A DNA stretch of 64,000 nt, taken from NCBI GenBank assembly GCA_043228905.1, contig JBHGNT010000024.1, positions 1 to 64,000 of the forward strand, written 5' to 3'. The notes under the pieces are model-generated. The model searched no databases. It saw nothing but the letters and a program-made list of their open reading frames with translations, and was not told the DNA's origin. The translations under genes and the position numbers were made by a program. Numbering within the stretch: the first letter of the stretch is position 1; each line of letters starts with the position of its first letter. Below, piece by piece: positions 13,300-27,540 of the stretch. The DNA is from Azolla caroliniana. Lineage: Eukaryota; Plantae; Polypodiophyta.

Positions 13300-16200
13300 A
13301 AATTACCAAATTTGAGGAGTGAGTTGAGAGGAGCCCTTGAGTAAATTAAAATGTTCATACCTGGCTCGTGTGATATCGGGTTTTTTTGTTCAAACATGCG
13401 AATCGAAGATAACAACAATAGCTATGATATGGAATTAAAAAATCAAGATTTTGAAAAACAGGTCGACAGACATGACGAAATTACCAAATTTGAGGAGGGA
13501 GTTGAGAGGAGCCGTTGAGTAAATTAAAATGTTCATACCTGGCTCGTGTGATATCGGATTTTTGTGTTCAAACATGCGAATGGAAGCTAACAACGCTAGC
13601 TATGATATCGAATTAAAAAATCAAGATTTTCAAAGTTAGGTCGAGAGACATGACGAAATTACCAAATTTGAGGAGTGAGTTGAGAGGAGCCCTTGAGTAA
13701 ATTAAAATGTTCATACCTGGCTCGTGTGATATCGGATTTTTGTGTTCAAACATGCGAATCGAAGCTAACAACACTAGCTATGATATGGAATTATAAAATC
13801 AAGATTTTGAAACTCAGGTCGACAGACATGACGAGGTAAATTAAAATGTTCATACCTGGCTCGTGTTATATCGGATTTTTGTGTTCAAACATGCGAATCG
13901 AAGCTAACAACGCTAGCTATGATATGGAATTAAAAAATCAAGATTTTGAAACTCAGTTCGAGAGACATGACCAAATTACCATATTTGAGGAGTGAGTTGA
14001 GAGGAGCCCTTGAGTAAAGTAAAATGTTCATACCTGGCTCCTGTGATATCGGATTCTTGTGTTCAAACAACGCTAGCTATGATATAGAGTTAAAAAATCA
14101 AGATTTTCAAACTCAGGTCGAGAGACATGACGAAATTACCAAATTTGAGGAGTGAGTTGAGAAGAGCTAGTAGGTAAATTAAAATGTTCATACGTGGCTC
14201 GTGTGATATCGGATTTTTGTGTTCAAACATGCGTATCGAAGCTAACAACGCTAGCTATGATATGGAATTAAAAAATCAAGATTTTGAAACTCAGGTCGAG
14301 AGACATGACGAAATTACCAAATTTGAGGAGTGAGTTGAGAAGAGCTAGTAGGTAAATTAAAATGTTCATACGTGGCTCGTGTGATATCGGATTTTTGTGT
14401 TCAAACATGCGTATCGAAGCTAACAACGCTAGCTATGATATGGAATTAAAAAATCAAGATTTTGAAACTCAGGTCGAGAGACATGACGAAATTACCAAAT
14501 TTGAGGAGTCATTTGAGAAAAGCTAGTAGGTAAATTAAAATGTTCATATCTGGCTCGTGTGATATCGGATTCTTGTGTTCAAACATGCGAATCGAAGCTA
14601 ACAACGCTAGCTATGACATAGAATTAAAAAATTAGGATTTTGAAACTCAGGTCGAGAGACATGACCAAATTACCATATTTGAGGAGTGAGTTGAGAGGAG
14701 CCCTTGAGTAAATTAAAATGTTCATACCTGGCTCGTGTGATATCGGATTTTTGTGTTCAAACATGCGTATCGAAGCTAACAACGCTACCTATGATATGGA
14801 AATAAAAAATCAAGATTTCGAAACTCAGATCGAGAGACATGACGAAATTAGCAAATGTGAGGAGTGAGTTGAGAAGAGCTAGTAGGTAAATTAAAATGTT
14901 CATACCTGGCTCGTGTGATATCGGATTTTTGTGTTCAAACATGCGAATCGAGGCTAACAACGCTAGCTATGATATGGAAATATAAAATCAAGATTTTGAA
15001 ACTCAGGTCGAGAGACATGACGAAATTACCAAATGTGAGGAGTGAGTTGAGAAGAGCTAGTAGGTAAATTAAAATGTTCATACCTGGCTCGTGTGATATC
15101 GGATTTTTGTGTTCAAACATGCCAATCGAATCTAACAACGCTAGCTATGAGATGGATTTAAAAAATCAAGATTTTGAAACTCAGGTCGAGAGACATGACG
15201 AAAATAGCAAACTTGAGGAGGGAGTTGAGAGGAGCCGTTGAGTAAATTAAAATGTTCATACCTGGCTCGTGTGATATCGGATTTTTGTGTTCAAACATGC
15301 GAATGGAAGCTAACAACGCTAGCTATGATATCGAATTAAAAAATCAAGATTTTCAAAGTTAGGTCGAGAGACATGACGAAATTACCAAATTTGAGGAGTC
15401 AGTTGAGAGGAGCCCTTGAGTAAAATAAAATGTTCATACCTGGCTCGTGTAATATCGGGTTTTTTTGTTCAAACATGCGAATCGAAGATAACAACAATAG
15501 CTATGATATGGAATTAAAAAATCAAGATTTTGAAAAACAGGTCGACAGACATGACGAAATTACCAAATTTGAGGAGGGAGTTGAGAGGAGCCGTTGAGTA
15601 AATTAAAATGTTCATACCTGGCTCGTGTGATATCGGATTTTTGTGTTCAAACATGCGAATGGAAGCTAACAACGCTAGCTATGATATCGAATTAAAAAAT
15701 CAAGATTTTCAAAGTTAGGTCGAGAGACATGACGAAATTACCAAATTTGAGGAGTGAGTTGAGAGGAGCCCTTGAGTAAATTAAAATGTTCATACCTGGC
15801 TCGTGTGATATCGGATTTTTGTGTTCAAACATGCGAATCGAAGCTAACAACACTAGCTATGATATGGAATTATAAAATCAAGATTTTGAAACTCAGGTCG
15901 ACAGACATGACGAGGTAAATTAAAATGTTCATACCTGGCTCGTGTTATATCGGATTTTTGTGTTCAAACATGCGAATCGAAGCTAACAACGCTAGCTATG
16001 ATATGGAATTAAAAAATCAAGATTTTGAAACTCAGTTCGAGAGACATGACCAAATTACCATATTTGAGGAGTGAGTTGAGAGGAGCCCTTGAGTAAAGTA
16101 AAATGTTCATACCTGGCTCCTGTGATATCGGATTCTTGTGTTCAAAAATGCGAATCGAAGCTAACAACGCTAGCTATGATATAGAGTTAAAAAATCAAGA

Positions 16201-19200
16201 TTTTGAAACTCAGGTCGAGAGACATGACGAAATTACCAAATTTGAGGAGTGAGTTGAGAAGAGCTAGTAGGTAAATTAAAATGTTCATACGTGGCTCGTG
16301 TGATATCGGATTTTTGTGTTCAAACATGCGTATCGAAGCTAACAACGCTAGCTATGATATGGAATTAAAAAATCAAGATTTTGAAACTCAGGTCGAGAGA
16401 CATGACGAAATTACCAAATTTGAGGAGTCATTTGAGAAAAGCTAGTAGGTAAATTAAAATGTTCATATCTGGCTCGTGTGATATCGGATTCTTGTGTTCA
16501 AACATGCGAATCGAAGCTAACAACGCTAGCTATGACATAGAATTAAAAAATTAGGATTTTGAAACTCAGGTCGAGAGACATGACCAAATTACCATATTTG
16601 AGGAGTGAGTTGAGAGGAGCCCTTGAGTAAATTAAAATGTTCATACCTGGCTCGTGTGATATCGGATTTTTGTGTTCAAACATGCGTATCGAAGCTAACA
16701 ACGCTACCTATGATATGGAAATAAAAAATCAAGATTTCGAAACTCAGATCGAGAGACATGACGAAATTAGCAAATGTGAGGAGTGAGTTGAGAAGAGCTA
16801 GTAGGTAAATTAAAATGTTCATACCTGGCTCGTGTGATATCGGATTTTTGTGTTCAAACATGCGAATCGAGGCTAACAACGCTAGCTATGATATGGAAAT
16901 ATAAAATCAAGATTTTGAAACTCAGTTCGAGAGACATGACCAAATTACCATATTTGAGGAGTGAGTTGAGAGGAGCCCTTGAGTAAAGTAAAATGTTCAT
17001 ACGTGGCTCGTGTGATATCGGATTTTTGTGTTCAAACATGCCAATCGAATCTAACAACGCTAGCTATGAGATGGATTTAAAAAATCAAGATTTTGAAACT
17101 CAGGTCGAGAGACATGACGAAAATAGCAAACTTGAGGAGGGAGTTGAGAGGAGCCGTTGAGTAAATTAAAATGTTCATACCTGGCTCGTGTGATATCGGA
17201 TTTTTGTGTTCAAACATGCGAATGGAAGCTAACAACGCTAGCTATGATATCGAATTAAAAAATCAAGATTTTCAAAGTTAGGTCGAGAGACATGACGAAA
17301 TTACCAAATTTGAGGAGTCAGTTGAGAGGAGCCCTTGAGTAAAATAAAATGTTCATACCTGGCTCGTGTAATATCGGGTTTTTTTGTTCAAACATGCGAA
17401 TCGAAGATAACAACAATAGCTATGATATGGAATTAAAAAATCAAGATTTTGAAAAACAGGTCGACAGACATGACGAAATTACCAAATTTGAGGAGGGAGT
17501 TGAGAGGAGCCGTTGAGTAAATTAAAATGTTCATACCTGGCTCGTGTGATATCGGATTTTTGTGTTCAAACATGCGAATGGAAGCTAACAACGCTAGCTA
17601 TGATATCGAATTAAAAAATCAAGATTTTCAAAGTTAGGTCGAGAGACATGACGAAATTACCAAATTTGAGGAGTGAGTTGAGAGGAGCCCTTGAGTAAAT
17701 TAAAATGTTCATACCTGGCTCGTGTGATATCGGATTTTTGTGTTCAAACATGCGAATCGAAGCTAACAACACTAGCTATGATATGGAATTATAAAATCAA
17801 GATTTTGAAACTCAGGTCGACAGACATGACGAGGTAAATTAAAATGTTCATACCTGGCTCGTGTTATATCGGATTTTTGTGTTCAAACATGCGAATCGAA
17901 GCTAACAACGCTAGCTATGATATGGAATTAAAAAATCAAGATTTTGAAACTCAGTTCGAGAGACATGACCAAATTACCATATTTGAGGAGTGAATTGAGA
18001 GGAGCCCTTGAGTAAAGTAAAATGTTCATACCTGGCTCGTGTGATATCGGATTTTTGTGTTCAAACATGCCAATCGAATCTAACAACGCTAGCTATGAGA
18101 TGGATTTAAAAAATCAAGATTTTGAAACTCAGGTCGAGAGACATGACGAAAATAGCAAACTTGAGGAGGGAGTTGAGAGGAGCCGTTGAGTAAATTAAAA
18201 TGTTCATACCTGGCTCGTGTGATATCGGATTTTTGTGTTCAAACATGCGAATGGAAGCTAACAACGCTAGCTATGATATCGAATTAAAAAATCAAGATTT
18301 TCAAAGTTAGGTCGAGAGACATGACGAAATTACCAAATTTGAGGAGTCAGTTGAGAGGAGCCCTTGAGTAAAATAAAATGTTCATACCTGGCTCGTGTAA
18401 TATCGGGTTTTTTTGTTCAAACATGCGAATCGAAGATAACAACAATAGCTATGATATGGAATTAAAAAATCAAGATTTTTAAAAACAGGTCGACAGACAT
18501 GACGAAATTACCAAATTTGAGGAGGGAGTTGAGAGGAGCCGTTGAGTAAATTAAAATGTTCATACCTGGCTCGTGTGATATCGGATTTTTGTGTTCAAAC
18601 ATGCGAATGGAAGCTAACAACGCTAGCTATGATATCGAATTAAAAAATCAAGATTTTCAAAGTTAGGTCGAGAGACATGACGAAATTACCAAATTTGAGG
18701 AGTGAGTTGAGAGGAGCCCTTGAGTAAATTAAAATGTTCATACCTGGCTCGTGTGATATCGGATTTTTGTGTTCAAACATGCGAATCGAAGCTAACAACA
18801 CTAGCTATGATATGGAATTATAAAATCAAGATTTTGAAACTCAGGTCGACAGACATGACGAGGTAAATTAAAATGTTCATACCTGGCTCGTGTTATATCG
18901 GATTTTTGTGTTCAAACATGCGAATCGAAGCTAACAACGCTAGCTATGATATGGAATTAAAAAATCAAGATTTTGAAACTCAGTTCGAGAGACATGACCA
19001 AATTACCATATTTGAGGAGTGAGTTGAGAGGAGCCCTTGAGTAAAGTAAAATGTTCATACCTGGCTCCTGTGATATCGGATTCTTGTGTTCAAACATGCG
19101 AATCGAAGCTAACAACGCTAGCTATGATATAGAGTTAAAAAATCAAGATTTTGAAACTCAGGTCGAGAGACATGACGAAATTACCAAATTTGAGGAGTGA

Positions 19201-22200
19201 GTTGAGAAGAGCTAGTAGGTAAATTAAAATGTTCATACGTGGCTCGTGTGATATCGGATTTTTGTGTTCAAACATGCGTATCGAAGCTAACAACGCTAGC
19301 TATGATATGGAATTAAAAAATCAAGATTTTGAAACTCAGGTCGAGAGACATGACGAAATTACCAAATTTGAGGAGTCATTTGAGAAAAGCTAGTAGGTAA
19401 ATTAAAATGTTCATATCTGGCTCGTGTGATATCGGATTCTTGTGTTCAAACATGCGAATCGAAGCTAACAACGCTAGCTATGACATAGAATTAAAAAATT
19501 AGGATTTTGAATTTCAGGTCGAGAGACATGACCAAATTACCATATTTGAGGAGTGAGTTGAGAGGAGCCCTTGAGTAAATTAAAATGTTCATACCTGGCT
19601 CGTGTGATATCGGATTTTTGTGTTCAAACATGCGTATCGAAGCTAACAACGCTACCTATGATATGGAAATAAAAAATCAAGATTTCGAAACTCAGATCGA
19701 GAGACATGACGAAATTAGCAAATGTGAGGAGTGAGTTGAGAAGAGCTAGTAGGTAAATTAAAATGTTCATACCTGGCTCGTGTGATATCGGATTTTTGTG
19801 TTCAAACATGCGAATCGAGGCTAACAACGCTAGCTATGATATGGAAATATAAAATCAAGATTTTGAAACTCAGGTCGAGAGACATGACGAAATTACCAAA
19901 TGTGAGGAGTGAGTTGAGAAGAGCTAGTAGGTAAATTAAAATGTTCATACCTGGCTCGTGTGATATCGGATTTTTGTGTTCAAACATGCCAATCGAATCT
20001 AACAACGCTAGCTATGAGATGGATTTAAAAAATCAAGATTTTGAAACTCAGGTCGAGAGACATGACGAAAATAGCAAACTTGAGGAGGGAGTTGAGAGGA
20101 GCCGTTGAGTAAATTAAAATGTTCATACCTGGCTCGTGTGATATCGGATTTTTGTGTTCAAACATGCGAATGGAAGCTAACAACGCTAGCTATGATATCG
20201 AATTAAAAAATCAAGATTTTCAAAGTTAGGTCGAGAGACATGACGAAATTACCAAATTTGAGGAGTCAGTTGAGAGGAGCCCTTGAGTAAAATAAAATGT
20301 TCATACCTGGCTCGTGTAATATCGGGTTTTTCTGTTCAAACATGCGAATCGAAGATAACAACAATAGCTATGATATGGAATTAAAAAATCAAGATTTTGA
20401 AAAACAGGTCGACAGACATGACGAAATTACCAAATTTGAGGAGGGAGTTGAGAGGAGCCGTTGAGTAAATTAAAATGTTCATACCTGGCTCGTGTGATAT
20501 CGGATTTTTGTGTTCAAACATGCGAATGGAAGCTAACAACGCTAGCTATGATATCGAATTAAAAAATCAAGATTTTCAAAGTTAGGTCGAGAGACATGAC
20601 GAAATTACCAAATTTGAGGAGTGAGTTGAGAGGAGCCCTTGAGTAAATTAAAATGTTCATACCTGGCTCGTGTGATATCGGATTTTTGTGTTCAAACATG
20701 CGAATCGAAGCTAACAACACTAGCTATGATATGGAATTATAAAATCAAGATTTTGAAACTCAGGTCGACAGACATGACGAGGTAAATTAAAATGTTCATA
20801 CCTGGCTCGTGTTATATCGGATTTTTGTGTTCAAACATGCGAATCGAAGCTAACAACGCTAGCTATGATATGGAATTAAAAAATCAAGATTTTGAAACTC
20901 AGTTCGAGAGACATGACCAAATTACCATATTTGAGGAGTGAGTTGAGAGGAGCCCTTGAGTAAAGTAAAATGTTCATACCTGGCTCCTGTGATATCGGAT
21001 TCTTGTGTTCAAACATGCGAATCGAAGCTAACAACGCTAGCTATGATATAGAGTTAAAAAATCAAGATTTTCAAACTCAGGTCGAGAGACATGACGAAAT
21101 TACCAAATTTGAGGAGTGAGTTGAGAAGAGCTAGTAGGTAAATTAAAATGTTCATACGTGGCTCGTGTGATATCGGATTTTTGTGTTCAAACATGCGTAT
21201 CGAAGCTAACAACGCTAGCTATGATATGGAATTAAAAAATCAAGATTTTGAAACTCAGGTCGAGAGACATGACGAAATTACCAAATTTGAGGAGTCATTT
21301 GAGAAAAGCTAGTAGGTAAATTAAAATGTTCATACCTGGCTCGTGTGATATCGGATTTTTGTGTTCAAACATGCCAATCGAATCTAACAACGCTAGCTAT
21401 GAGATGGATTTAAAAAATCAAGATTTTGAAACTCAGGTCGAGAGACATGACGAAAATAGCAAACTTGAGGAGGGAGTTGAGAGGAGCCGTTGAGTAAATT
21501 AAAATGTTCATACCTGGCTCGTGTGATATCGGATTTTTGTGTTCAAACATGCGAATGGAAGCTAACAACGCTAGCTATGATATCGAATTAAAAAATCAAG
21601 ATTTTCAAAGTTAGGTCGAGAGACATGACGAAATTACCAAATTTGAGGAGTCAGTTGAGAGGAGCCCTTGAGTAAAATAAAATGTTCATACCTGGCTCGT
21701 GTAATATCGGGTTTTTCTGTTCAAACATGCGAATCGAAGATAACAACAATAGCTATGATATGGAATTAAAAAATCAAGATTTTGAAAAACAGGTCGACAG
21801 ACATGACGAAATTACCAAATTTGAGGAGGGAGTTGAGAGGAGCCGTTGAGTAAATTAAAATGTTCATACCTGGCTCGTGTGATATCGGATTTTTGTGTTC
21901 AAACATGCGAATGGAAGCTAACAACGCTAGCTATGATATCGAATTAAAAAATCAAGATTTTCAAAGTTAGGTCGAGAGACATGACGAAATTACCAAATTT
22001 GAGGAGTGAGTTGAGAGGAGCCCTTGAGTAAATTAAAATGTTCATACCTGGCTCGTGTGATATCGGATTTTTGTGTTCAAACATGCGAATCGAAGCTAAC
22101 AACACTAGCTATGATATGGAATTATAAAATCAAGATTTTGAAACTCAGGTCGACAGACATGACGAGGTAAATTAAAATGTTCATACCTGGCTCGTGTTAT

Positions 22201-23400
22201 ATCGGATTTTTGTGTTCAAACATGCGAATCGAAGCTAACAACGCTAGCTATGATATGGAATTAAAAAATCAAGATTTTGAAACTCAGTTCGAGAGACATG
22301 ACCAAATTACCATATTTGAGGAGTGAGTTGAGAGGAGCCCTTGAGTAAAGTAAAATGTTCATACCTGGCTCCTGTGATATCGGATTCTTGTGTTCAAACA
22401 TGCGAATCGAAGCTAACAACGCTAGCTATGATATAGAGTTAAAAAATCAAGATTTTCAAACTCAGGTCGAGAGACATGACGAAATTACCAAATTTGAGGA
22501 GTGAGTTGAGAAGAGCTAGTAGGTAAATTAAAATGTTCATACGTGGCTCGTGTGATATCGGATTTTTGTGTTCAAACATGCGTATCGAAGCTAACAACGC
22601 TAGCTATGATATGGAATTAAAAAATCAAGATTTTGAAACTCAGGTCGAGAGACATGACGAAATTACCAAATTTGAGGAGTCATTTGAGAAAAGCTAGTAG
22701 GTAAATTAAAATGTTCATATCTGGCTCGTGTGATATCGGATTCTTGTGTTCAAACATGCGAATCGAAGCTAACAACGCTAGCTATGACATAGAATTAAAA
22801 AATTAGGATTTTGAAACTCAGGTCGAGAGACATGACCAAATTACCATATTTGAGGAGTGAGTTGAGAGGAGCCCTTGAGTAAATTAAAATGTTCATACCT
22901 GGCTCGTGTGATATCGCATTTTTGTGTTCAAACATGCGTATCGAAGCTAACAACGCTACCTATGATATGGAAATAAAAAATCAAGATTTCGAAACTCAGA
23001 TCGAGAGACATGACGAAATTAGCAAATGTGAGGAGTGAGTTGAGAAGAGCTAGTAGGTAAATTAAAATGTTCATACCTGGCTCGTGTGATATCGGATTTT
23101 TGTGTTCAAACATGCGAATCGAGGCTAACAACGCTAGCTATGATATGGAAATATAAAATCAAGATTTTGAAACTCAGGTCGAGAGACATGACGAAATTAC
23201 CAAATGTGAGGAGTGAGTTGAGAAGAGCTAGTAGGTAAATTAAAATGTTCATACCTGGCTCGTGTGATATCGGATTTTTGTGTTCAAACATGCCAATCGA
23301 ATCTAACAACGCTAGCTATGAGATGGATTTAAAAAATCAAGATTTTGAAACTCAGGTCGAGAGACATGACGAAAATAGCAAACTTGAGGAGGGAGTTGAA
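13300..23400 (+). repeat. 11-mer higher-order repeat family (1919 bp) with 12-, 6- and 8-mer length variants
   Basis: 39-bp deletion marker at ~13834, 15913, 17832, 18861, 20780, 22165 gives spacings 2079, 1919, 1029, 1919, 1385; shared markers GTAAAGTAAAA, GAAGATAACAACAAT, TGCCAATCGAATCT, TTAGGATTTT. Confidence 0.88.
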
Positions 23401-26400
23401 AAGAGCCCTTGAGTAAATTAAAATGTTCATACCTGGCTCGGTTGATATCGGATTTTTGTGTTCAAACATGCGCATTGAAGCTAACAACGCTACCTATGAT
23501 ATGGAATTAAGAAATCAAGATTTTGAAACTCAGGTCGAGAGACATGACGAAAATAGCAAACTTGAGGAGGGAGTTGAGAGGAGCCCTTGAGTAAATTAAA
23601 ATGTTCATACCTGGCTCGTGTGATATCGGATTTTTGTGTTCAAACATGCGAATCGAAGCTAACAACGCTAGCTATGATATGGAATTAAAAAATCAAGATT
23701 TTGAAACTCAGGTCGAGAGACATGACGAAATTAGCAAACTTGAGGAGGGAGTTGATAGGAGCCCTTGAGTAAATTAAAATGTTCATACCTGGCTCGTGTG
23801 ATATCGGATTTTTGTGTTCAAACATGCAAATCGAAGCTAACAACGCTAGTATGAGATGCAATTAAAAAATCAAGATTTTAAAACTCAGGTCGAGAGACAT
23901 GACGAAAATAGCAAACTTGAGGAAGGAGTTGAGAAGAGCTAGTACGTAAATTTAAATGTTCATACCTGGCTCGTGTGATATCGGATTTTTGTGTTCAAAC
24001 ATGCGAATCGAAGCTAACAACGCTAGCTATGATATGGAATTAAAAACTCAAGATTTTGAAACTCAGGTCGAGAGACATGACGAAAATAGCAAACTTGAGG
24101 AGGGAGTTGATAGGAGCCCTTGAGTAAATTAAAATGTTCATACCTAGCTCGTGTGATATCGGATTTTTGTGTTCAAACATGCAAATCGAAACTAGCAAAG
24201 CTAGCTATGATATGGAATTAAAAAATCAAGATTTTGATACACAGGTCGAGAGACATGACGAAAATAGCAAACTTGAGGAGGGAGTTGAGAGGAGCCCATG
24301 AGTAAATTAAAATGTTCATACCTGGCTCTTGTGATATCGGATTTTTGTGTTCAAACATGCGAATCGAAGCTAACAACGCTAGCTATGATATGGAATTAAA
24401 AAATCAAGATTTTGAAACTCAGGTCGAGAGACATGACGAAATTACCAAATTTGAGGAGTCATTTGAGAAAAGCTAGTAGGTAAATTAAAATGTTCATACC
24501 TGGCTCGTGTGATATCGGATTTTTGTGTTCAAACATGCCAATCGAATCTAACAACGCTAGCTATGAGATGGATTTAAAAAATCAAGATTTTGAAACTCAG
24601 GTCGAGAGACATGACGAAAATAGCAAACTTGAGGAGGGAGTTGAGAGGAGCCGTTGAGTAAATTAAAATGTTCATACCTGGCTCGTGTGATATCGGATTT
24701 TTGTGTTCAAACATGCGAATGGAAGCTAACAACGCTAGCTATGATATCGAATTAAAAAATCAAGATTTTCAAAGTTAGCTCGAGAGACATGACGAAATTA
24801 CCAAATTTGAGGAGTCAGTTGAGAGGAGCCCTTGAGTAAAATAAAATGTTCATACCTGGCTCGTGTAATATCGGGTTTTTCTGTTCAAACATGCGAATCG
24901 AAGATAACAACAATAGCTATGATATGGAATTAAAAAATCAAGATTTTGAAAAACAGGTCGACAGACATGACGAAATTACCAAATTTGAGGAGGGAGTTGA
25001 GAGGAGCCGTTGAGTAAATTAAAATGTTCATACCTGGCTCGTGTGATATCGGATTTTTGTGTTCAAACATGCGAATGGAAGCTAACAACGCTAGCTATGA
25101 TATCGAATTAAAAAATCAAGATTTTCAAAGTTAGGTCGAGAGACATGACGAAATTACCAAATTTGAGGAGTGAGTTGAGAGGAGCCCTTGAGTAAATTAA
25201 AATGTTCATACCTGGCTCGTGTGATATCGGATTTTTGTGTTCAAACATGCGAATCGAAGCTAACAACACTAGCTATGATATGGAATTATAAAATCAAGAT
25301 TTTGAAACTCAGGTCGACAGACATGACGAGGTAAATTAAAATGTTCATACCTGGCTCGTGTTATATCGGATTTTTGTGTTCAAACATGCGAATCGAAGCT
25401 AACAACGCTAGCTATGATATGGAATTAAAAAATCAAGATTTTGAAACTCAGTTCGAGAGACATGACCAAATTACCATATTTGAGGAGTGAGTTGAGAGGA
25501 GCCCTTGAGTAAAGTAAAATGTTCATACCTGGCTCCTGTGATATCGGATTCTTGTGTTCAAACATGCGAATCGAAGCTAACAACGCTAGCTATGATATAG
25601 AGTTAAAAAATCAAGATTTTCAAACTCAGGTCGAGAGACATGACGAAATTACCAAATTTGAGGAGTGAGTTGAGAAGAGCTAGTAGGTAAATTAAAATGT
25701 TCATACGTGGCTCGTGTGATATCGGATTTTTGTGTTCAAACATGCGTATCGAAGCTAACAACGCTAGCTATGATATGGAATTAAAAAATCAAGATTTTGA
25801 AACTCAGGTCGAGAGACATGACGAAATTACCAAATTTGAGGAGTCATTTGAGAAAAGCTAGTAGGTAAATTAAAATGTTCATATCTGGCTCGTGTGATAT
25901 CGGATTCTTGTGTTCAAACATGCGAATCGAAGCTAACAACGCTAGCTATGACATAGAATTAAAAAATTAGGATTTTGAAACTCAGGTCGAGAGACATGAC
26001 CAAATTACCATATTTGAGGAGTGAGTTGAGAGGAGCCCTTGAGTAAATTAAAATGTTCATACCTGGCTCGTGTGATATCGCATTTTTGTGTTCAAACATG
26101 CGTATCGAAGCTAACAACGCTACCTATGATATGGAAATAAAAAATCAAGATTTCGAAACTCAGATCGAGAGACATGACGAAATTAGCAAATGTGAGGAGT
26201 GAGTTGAGAAGAGCTAGTAGGTAAATTAAAATGTTCATACCTGGCTCGTGTGATATCGGATTTTTGTGTTCAAACATGCGAATCGAGGCTAACAACGCTA
26301 GCTATGATATGGAAATATAAAATCAAGATTTTGAAACTCAGGTCGAGAGACATGACGAAATTACCAAATGTGAGGAGTGAGTTGAGAAGAGCTAGTAGGT

Positions 26401-27540
26401 AAATTAAAATGTTCATACCTGGCTCGTGTGATATCGGATTTTTGTGTTCAAACATGCCAATCGAATCTAACAACGCTAGCTATGAGATGGATTTAAAAAA
26501 TCAAGATTTTGAAACTCAGGTCGAGAGACATGACGAAAATAGCAAACTTGAGGAGGGAGTTGAAAAGAGCCCTTGAGTAAATTAAAATGTTCATACCTGG
26601 CTCGGTTGATATCGGATTTTTGTGTTCAAACATGCGCATTGAAGCTAACAACGCTACCTATGATATGGAATTAAGAAATCAAGATTTTGAAACTCAGGTC
26701 GAGAGACATGACGAAAATAGCAAACTTGAGGAGGGAGTTGAGAGGAGCCCTTGAGTAAATTAAAATGTTCATACCTGGCTCGTGTGATATCGGATTTTTG
26801 TGTTCAAACATGCGAATCGAAGCTAACAACGCTAGCTATGATATGGAATTAAAAAATCAAGATTTTGAAACTCAGGTCGAGAGACATGACGAAATTAGCA
26901 AACTTGAGGAGGGAGTTGATAGGAGCCCTTGAGTAAATTAAAATGTTCATACCTGGCTCGTGTGATATCGGATTTTTGTGTTCAAACATGCAAATCGAAG
27001 CTAACAACGCTAGTATGAGATGCAATTAAAAAATCAAGATTTTAAAACTCAGGTCGAGAGACATGACGAAAATAGCAAACTTGAGGAAGGAGTTGAGAAG
27101 AGCTAGTACGTAAATTTAAATGTTCATACCTGGCTCGTGTGATATCGGATTTTTGTGTTCAAACATGCGAATCGAAGCTAACAACGCTAGCTATGATATG
27201 GAATTAAAAACTCAAGATTTTGAAACTCAGGTCGAGAGACATGACGAAAATAGCAAACTTGAGGAGGGAGTTGATAGGAGCCCTTGAGTAAATTAAAATG
27301 TTCATACCTAGCTCGTGTGATATCGGATTTTTGTGTTCAAACATGCAAATCGAAACTAGCAAAGCTAGCTATGATATGGAATTAAAAAATCAAGATTTTG
27401 AAACACAGGTCGAGAGACATGACGAAAATAGCAAACTTGAGGAGGGAGTTGAGAGGAGCCCATGAGTAAATTAAAATGTTCATACCTGGCTCTTGTGATA
27501 TCGGATTTTTGTGTTCAAACATGCGAATCGAAGCTAACAA
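21200..27540 (+). repeat. 18-mer tandem duplication, 3164 bp, 2 copies
   Basis: ORFs 22928/26092 and 23106/26270 are 3164 apart; private variants ATATCGCATTT, TTGAAAAGAGC, CTCGGTTGAT, GCGCATTG each occur twice at this spacing. Confidence 0.9.
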
